Assembly (NCBI GenBank): GCA_041687695.1
Contig: JAWLBL010000013.1
Location: forward strand, 96,001-160,000
Source of the DNA: Myxococcota bacterium
GTDB lineage: Bacteria > Myxococcota_A > UBA9042 > PHBI01 > JAWLBL01
Reading direction: 5' to 3'
DNA: 64,000 nucleotides
Part shown: piece by piece, positions 59,178 through 64,000 of the stretch
Position numbering within the stretch: position 1 is the first letter of the stretch
Layout of the letters: each line of letters opens with the position of its first letter
The notes under the pieces: model-generated
The model's input: the letters and a program-made list of their open reading frames with translations, nothing else
Database searches by the model: none
What the model was told of the DNA's origin: nothing
Translations under genes and position numbers: made by a program

Positions 59178-62100
59178 ATGCGGAAGATCGGTGCGACAGG
59201 CTTGGGGCTGGTGGTGGCGCTCGCGTTGGTGGCTTGCGGCGACGAGGTGACGCAGACGCCGCTGCCCGGCAAGACCTGCACGGTCCCGGCCGACTGCGAG
59301 GCGACGCTGGCGACGCGCGGCTACGCGGCCGAGTGCACGACCGTGACCTGCGACGCCAGCCGCTGCGTCTTCACGGCCGTGAACGAGGGCGGCAGCTGCG
59401 GCGAGGGCGACGCGTGCGTCACGGGCGGCGTGTGCGCCAACCGTCTCTGCGTCGGTGAAGCGGTCGTGTGCGACGACGGCGACCCCTGCACGACCGACGC
59501 CTGCGATCCGGCGACCGGCGGCTGCACGACCACGCCGGCGCCCGGCGAGCCCTGCGACGACGGGGTGGCCTGCACCGAAAAGGACGTGTGCCAGCTGGAC
59601 GGCCAGTGCCTCGGGCAGCCGTCCGCGACCTGCCAGTGCGCCGAGGACGCCGACTGCGCGGCGCTGGCCGAGACCGACAAGTGCGCCGGCACCTTCGTGT
59701 GCGGCGACGACTTCGCCTGCCACGCCGACCCGGCGACGGTCATCCAGTGCGACACCAGCGGCGACACCGAGTGCGCCGGGGCGGTCTGCGACCCGGCGAC
59801 CGGCGGGTGCGTGCTGACCGCCACGAACGAGGGGCAGCCCTGCGGCGAGGCCGCGGACGACTGCACCGGGCAGGCGGTGTGCACGAACGGGGCCTGCGCG
59901 GGCGAGGCGGTCGCCTGCGACGACGGCGACCCGTGCACGACCGACGAGTGCGTGCCGGGACAGGGCTGCGTGTACGAGCCGGCGACCGGGCTGCCCTGCG
60001 ACGACGGCGACCCGTGCACCAGCCCCGACGTCTGCCAGGCCGGGCAGTGCCAGGGCGCGGCGGCCAGCTGCGACGACGGCAACCCATGCACGGTCGACGC
60101 GTGCGACCCCGTCACCGGGCAGTGCAGCCACACCGCGTCGGACGAGCCCTGCGACGACGGCAACCCGTGCACCACGGGCGACAGCTGCTCGACCGGCGTG
60201 TGCAAGGGCGCGGGCGTGGCCTGTGACGACGGCAACCCGTGCACGGCCGACGTCTGCCAGGTGGGCGACGACGGCGAGGTCACCTGCGCGCACCAGAACG
60301 TGTTCGGCGTCTGCGACGACGGCGACCCGTGCACCGGCGGCGACGCGTGCCTGGGCGGGCAGTGCGTCGGGACCGAGAAGCTGTGCGGGTGCTCGAGCGA
60401 CCAGGAGTGCCAGGACAAGGCGCCGGACGACCTGTGCGTGGGCGCGTGGCTGTGCGACACCAGCGTGACCGGCGGCAAGTGCGTGCCCGACCCGGCGACG
60501 GTCGTGACGTGCCAGGCCAACGAGACGATGTGCACCATCGACCAGTGCGACCCGGCGACCGGGACGTGCAAGTCGCAGCCCAAGCCGGACGCGACCCCGT
60601 GCGACGACGGCAACGCCTGCTCGACCGGCGACATCTGCTCGTCGGGCGTGTGCGTCGGCAACGCGATGGACTGCAGCGACGGCAACCCCTGCACGGGCGA
60701 CCTGTGCAGCGGCGGCGTGTGCAGCAACCAGCCGCTGGGCGGCAGCATGACCTTCCTGGACGTCGGCTTCGACGCGGGCCTGCCGGACGGCTGGACCGCC
60801 GAGACGACCACGGAGGGCGTGGGCTGGAAGGTCTCGGCCGAGTACGCCGCCGAGGGTGACTTCGGCCTGGTGGCGACCGGTCCGAGCGGCGTGTACGACC
60901 ACGGGGCGGTCACGGCGACGCTGCGCTCGCCCAAGTTCTGGGTCTACGGCGAGACGGTGCAGCTGCGCCTGAAGATGAAGACCGGCTTCGCGTCGCCGAC
61001 CGTGGGCGCGGACAAGTGCTTCGCCTCCAACGACTACCTGTCGGTGGGCGTCGACAACTACGGGCTGCTCGAGCAGGTCGAGTGCGTCTCGGGCGACGCC
61101 CCGGACTGGGTGCAGCTGCAGGTGGACCTGTCGTTCTTCAAGAACCGCGAGATCGGCCTGGTCTTCGTCTTCCACGCCGACGCCGAGGACAACGGCGGCT
61201 TCGGCGCCGCCATCGACGAGGTCGAGGTCTCGGCCCTGTTCACCTGCACCGACGGGCCGTGCACCATCGGGTCGTGCACGGCGGGGGCCTGCAACGCGGG
61301 GCCGCTGGTCTGCGACGACGGCGACCCGTGCACCCTGGACACCTGCAGCGCGACCACCGGCAAGTGCCAGTACAAGCTGCAGGTCAACTGCGGCTGCGAG
61401 AGCGACTTCGACTGCCTGACCTTCAGCCCCTGCCTGCAGGGCACCTGCGGCCCGGACGGCTTCTGCGAGGAGACGGTCATCACGGGGGCCTGCGACGACC
61501 AGGACGCCTGCACGGTGAACGACGTGTGCAACGAGGAGGGCGAGTGCCTCGGCGACGACATCGTCTGCGACGACGGCGTGCCCTGCACCGACGACTGGTG
61601 CGACTACTCGGGCGAGTGCGTCTTCCAGTTCAAGCCGCTCGCCTGCGACGACGGCGACGCGTGCACGACCAACGACACCTGCACGAGCGCCTCGACCTGC
61701 GCGGGCTCGCCCGTCGTGTGCGCCAGCGGCTCGTGCGCCTCGGGCTACTGCTCGGACGGCAGCTGCAAGTTCTCGATCAACCACGACGGGAGCTTCGAAC
61801 TCGAGGAGGGCTTCGACTCGCTCGCCCCCAACCAGCTGCCGGCCGAGTGGACCGACAACGCCGAGAGCCCCGGGTGGAGCTGGAAGTCGACGACCACGGC
61901 CAGCCACTCGGCCCCGACCGCGCTGGGGCTGATGGGCCCGGCCAGCGCCTACGCGGCCGCCACGGTCAGCGTCACGGCGCCGGCGGTGTCGCTGCCGCCC
62001 GACGGCGGGACGCTGCGTTATTGGGTCCGCGGCACCTGGGGCGACCAGGGCTGCACGACGGACGTGCTGCGCGTGAAGGTCAACGGCACGGTCGTCGACA

Positions 62101-62342
62101 CCGTCTGCGCGAACGTGCCGGCCTTCGCCGAGCGCACCGTGGATCTGGCCGCCTTCGCCACCCAGCTGGCGACCGTGAGCTTCGAGTTCTCGGCCAAGGC
62201 GGCCGACGCAGGCGCCGTGAGCCTGCTGCTCGACGACGTGGCGGTCACGGCGAAGTACCTGTGCGACGACGGCGACGCGTGCACCACGAACGACGCGTGC
62301 GTGCTGGGCTTCTGTCAGGGACAGGACGGCCTGTGCCCCTGA
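59178..62342 (+). CDS. Cys-rich repeat lipoprotein with two embedded beta-sandwich domains
   Basis: Lipobox LVAC; about 15 CDDG(D/N)PCTxDxC-type repeats; promoter TTGACC-N18-TAAGCT at 59103-59132. Confidence 0.88.
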   Translation: MRKIGATGLGLVVALALVACGDEVTQTPLPGKTCTVPADCEATLATRGYAAECTTVTCDASRCVFTAVNEGGSCGEGDACVTGGVCANRLCVGEAVVCDDGDPCTTDACDPATGGCTTTPAPGEPCDDGVACTEKDVCQLDGQCLGQPSATCQCAEDADCAALAETDKCAGTFVCGDDFACHADPATVIQCDTSGDTECAGAVCDPATGGCVLTATNEGQPCGEAADDCTGQAVCTNGACAGEAVACDDGDPCTTDECVPGQGCVYEPATGLPCDDGDPCTSPDVCQAGQCQGAAASCDDGNPCTVDACDPVTGQCSHTASDEPCDDGNPCTTGDSCSTGVCKGAGVACDDGNPCTADVCQVGDDGEVTCAHQNVFGVCDDGDPCTGGDACLGGQCVGTEKLCGCSSDQECQDKAPDDLCVGAWLCDTSVTGGKCVPDPATVVTCQANETMCTIDQCDPATGTCKSQPKPDATPCDDGNACSTGDICSSGVCVGNAMDCSDGNPCTGDLCSGGVCSNQPLGGSMTFLDVGFDAGLPDGWTAETTTEGVGWKVSAEYAAEGDFGLVATGPSGVYDHGAVTATLRSPKFWVYGETVQLRLKMKTGFASPTVGADKCFASNDYLSVGVDNYGLLEQVECVSGDAPDWVQLQVDLSFFKNREIGLVFVFHADAEDNGGFGAAIDEVEVSALFTCTDGPCTIGSCTAGACNAGPLVCDDGDPCTLDTCSATTGKCQYKLQVNCGCESDFDCLTFSPCLQGTCGPDGFCEETVITGACDDQDACTVNDVCNEEGECLGDDIVCDDGVPCTDDWCDYSGECVFQFKPLACDDGDACTTNDTCTSASTCAGSPVVCASGSCASGYCSDGSCKFSINHDGSFELEEGFDSLAPNQLPAEWTDNAESPGWSWKSTTTASHSAPTALGLMGPASAYAAATVSVTAPAVSLPPDGGTLRYWVRGTWGDQGCTTDVLRVKVNGTVVDTVCANVPAFAERTVDLAAFATQLATVSFEFSAKAADAGAVSLLLDDVAVTAKYLCDDGDACTTNDACVLGFCQGQDGLCP

Positions 62343-62486
62343 CCGGGCCCGGGCGGCGGGGAGCGTCCGCGTCGACGCCCCCCATCGGACGGCTTCGGAC
62401 CGGGAACCGTTGAGCGCAGCGGGGTCGCCCGCCTATACTCCGCACCTCTTCGACGCCGGGGTTCGGAGATGGGGGGAAGTCCGATC

Positions 62487-64000
62487 ATGCGCAAGCTCTT
62501 TGGTGGGGTGCTGCCCGCGGTGGCGGCCCTGACGCTGCTGGCGGCGGGGTGCACCGAGGTGACCCTGGTCCCCGGGCTCGAAGGCGAGACCTGCAAGCGC
62601 CCCAGCGAGTGCGCCGAGGGCCTGACGTGCGTCCAGGGACGCTGCGCCGTCGACACCGAGCTGCCCTTCACCGACGTCTCGGGTGACGAGGGCGGCAAGG
62701 GTGACGTGCCCCCGCCCGAGGACGTCCCCGACGTCTCGAACGACACCACCGTCGACGCCGAGGACGTGCTCGAGGTGACGGACCCCGGGACCCCCGAGGT
62801 CATCGTCACGCCGGACGTGCCCACGGACACGCCCGACGACCCCGATGTCGACCCGATCTGGGACGTCGCCGACGCCGACGCGGGCGAGGAGACCGCCCAG
62901 ACGCCCGACGCGACCGAGGACGTCGAGATCGATGTGCCGCCGGGGCCACCCGGGCCCGACGAGCCGTGCGAGGGCGACTGCCCGACCGGCTACCTGTGCC
63001 TGCCGCAGGTCGACGGCGTCGCCCGCTGCAAGCCCTTCCCCAAGGGCGTGTGCCTGCCCTGCGCGTCGGCGGCCGACTGCCCGACGCCGGGCGCCCAGTG
63101 CCTCAGCTTCCCGGACGGACAGAGCTTCTGCGGCGCGGTCTGCGGCACCCCGGCCGACTGCCCTTCGGGCTTCTCGTGCACCGACGGCCAGTGCCGCCCG
63201 CAGACGACCTCGTGCGAGTGCACGCCCGACCTGTTCGGCTGGAGCCTGCCCTGCGACAACGCCGGCGCGGGCGGCGTGTGCAAGGGCCAGACGACCTGCC
63301 TCCAGAAGGGGTGGTCGACCTGCTCGGCGGCGGCGCCCTCGGTCGAGCTGTGCAACGGCAAGGACGACGACTGCGACGGCATCACCGACGAGGAGCCCAA
63401 GTACTTCGAGAAGGGCAAGAGCCTGCCCTTCGGCGCGCCCTGCGGCCTGGGCGTGTGCGCGGGCGGCGAGGTGGTCTGCACGCCCGACGGCGGGGTGACC
63501 TGCTCGGGCAACGCGCTGGCCGGGCCCGAGGTGTGCGCCGACCAGCTCGACAACGACTGCGACGGGCAGGTCAACGAGGGCTGCGAGTCCGACGACTGGG
63601 ACGGCGACGGGGTGCCCAACGACAAGGACTGCGCGCCGATGGACGCCAGCACCTACCCGGGCGCGACCGAGAAGTGCTGCAACCCCGCCCTGGGCTACAA
63701 CAAGGCCTGCGACACCAACTGCGACGGCAAGGTCACGCCCTGCGCGAGCTGCGACAAGGACCTCGACGGCTTCTGCCCGCCCGAGGACTGCAACGACAAC
63801 GATCCGAAGATCCACCCGGGCGCGGCCGAGAAGTGCAACGACGGCATCGACCAGGACTGCCAGGGCGGCGATCTGCTGTGCTCGGCCGCCCAGGACAAGG
63901 ACGGCGACGGCTTCATCCCGCCGGCCGACTGCAACGAGGGCAACCCGTCGGTCTACCCCTACGCCGAGGAGCTCTGCGACAACCTGGACAACGACTGCGA
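62487..64000 (+). CDS. Cys/Asp-rich lipoprotein with MopE-related putative metal-binding repeats; runs off the window edge
   Basis: Manual translation MRKLFGGVLPAVAALTLLAAGC...; ELCNGKDDDCDG, DCNDNDPKIHPGAAEKCNDGIDQDC; promoter TTGAGC-N18-TATACT at 62410-62439; absent from ORF track. Confidence 0.88.
   Translation, partial: MRKLFGGVLPAVAALTLLAAGCTEVTLVPGLEGETCKRPSECAEGLTCVQGRCAVDTELPFTDVSGDEGGKGDVPPPEDVPDVSNDTTVDAEDVLEVTDPGTPEVIVTPDVPTDTPDDPDVDPIWDVADADAGEETAQTPDATEDVEIDVPPGPPGPDEPCEGDCPTGYLCLPQVDGVARCKPFPKGVCLPCASAADCPTPGAQCLSFPDGQSFCGAVCGTPADCPSGFSCTDGQCRPQTTSCECTPDLFGWSLPCDNAGAGGVCKGQTTCLQKGWSTCSAAAPSVELCNGKDDDCDGITDEEPKYFEKGKSLPFGAPCGLGVCAGGEVVCTPDGGVTCSGNALAGPEVCADQLDNDCDGQVNEGCESDDWDGDGVPNDKDCAPMDASTYPGATEKCCNPALGYNKACDTNCDGKVTPCASCDKDLDGFCPPEDCNDNDPKIHPGAAEKCNDGIDQDCQGGDLLCSAAQDKDGDGFIPPADCNEGNPSVYPYAEELCDNLDNDC

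Noticed and set aside
59460..62300. Recurrent TGCGACGACGGCGACCCGTGCAC DNA repeats as CRISPR or DGR repeats
   Set aside because: They are in-frame coding repeats (CDDGDPCT) with synonymous variation, and no RT or cas gene is present.

Overview
This is a very GC-rich, gene-dense bacterial chromosomal segment. It is most consistent with Myxococcota, based on a cdnL orthologue, a MYXO-CTERM-like tag, Cys-rich lipoproteins, FHA-GGDEF and PEGA proteins, and a myxobacterial-type LexA box. About 45 real CDSs are present, and most long entries in the ORF track are shadow frames. Housekeeping genes include prkA (partial), pgi, hisH, hisA, metB-like, hpt, arfB, hrcA, grpE, bamD, cdnL and dtd. DNA-repair genes include a SNF2+SWIM pair and LexA-boxed imuA-imuB without dnaE2. 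There are also transporters and many surface lipoproteins. I recognised no rRNA, tRNA, CRISPR array, transposase or integrase. The most notable observations are: (1) a 1385-aa lipoprotein with an internal MYXO-CTERM-like tag followed at once by a second lipobox, which may be a processed polyprotein; (2) a MacB/FtsX permease with a 22-Cys insertion; (3) an ABC-F gene preceded by an MKN uORF and an SD-sequestering hairpin; (4) an orphan sigma54 promoter and terminator bounding a candidate sRNA; (5) a 173-bp four-hairpin REP/MITE-like element; (6) two apparent pseudoenzymes; (7) kb-scale G/C skew switching inside genes. All family assignments come from motif recognition by eye, and no database searches were run.
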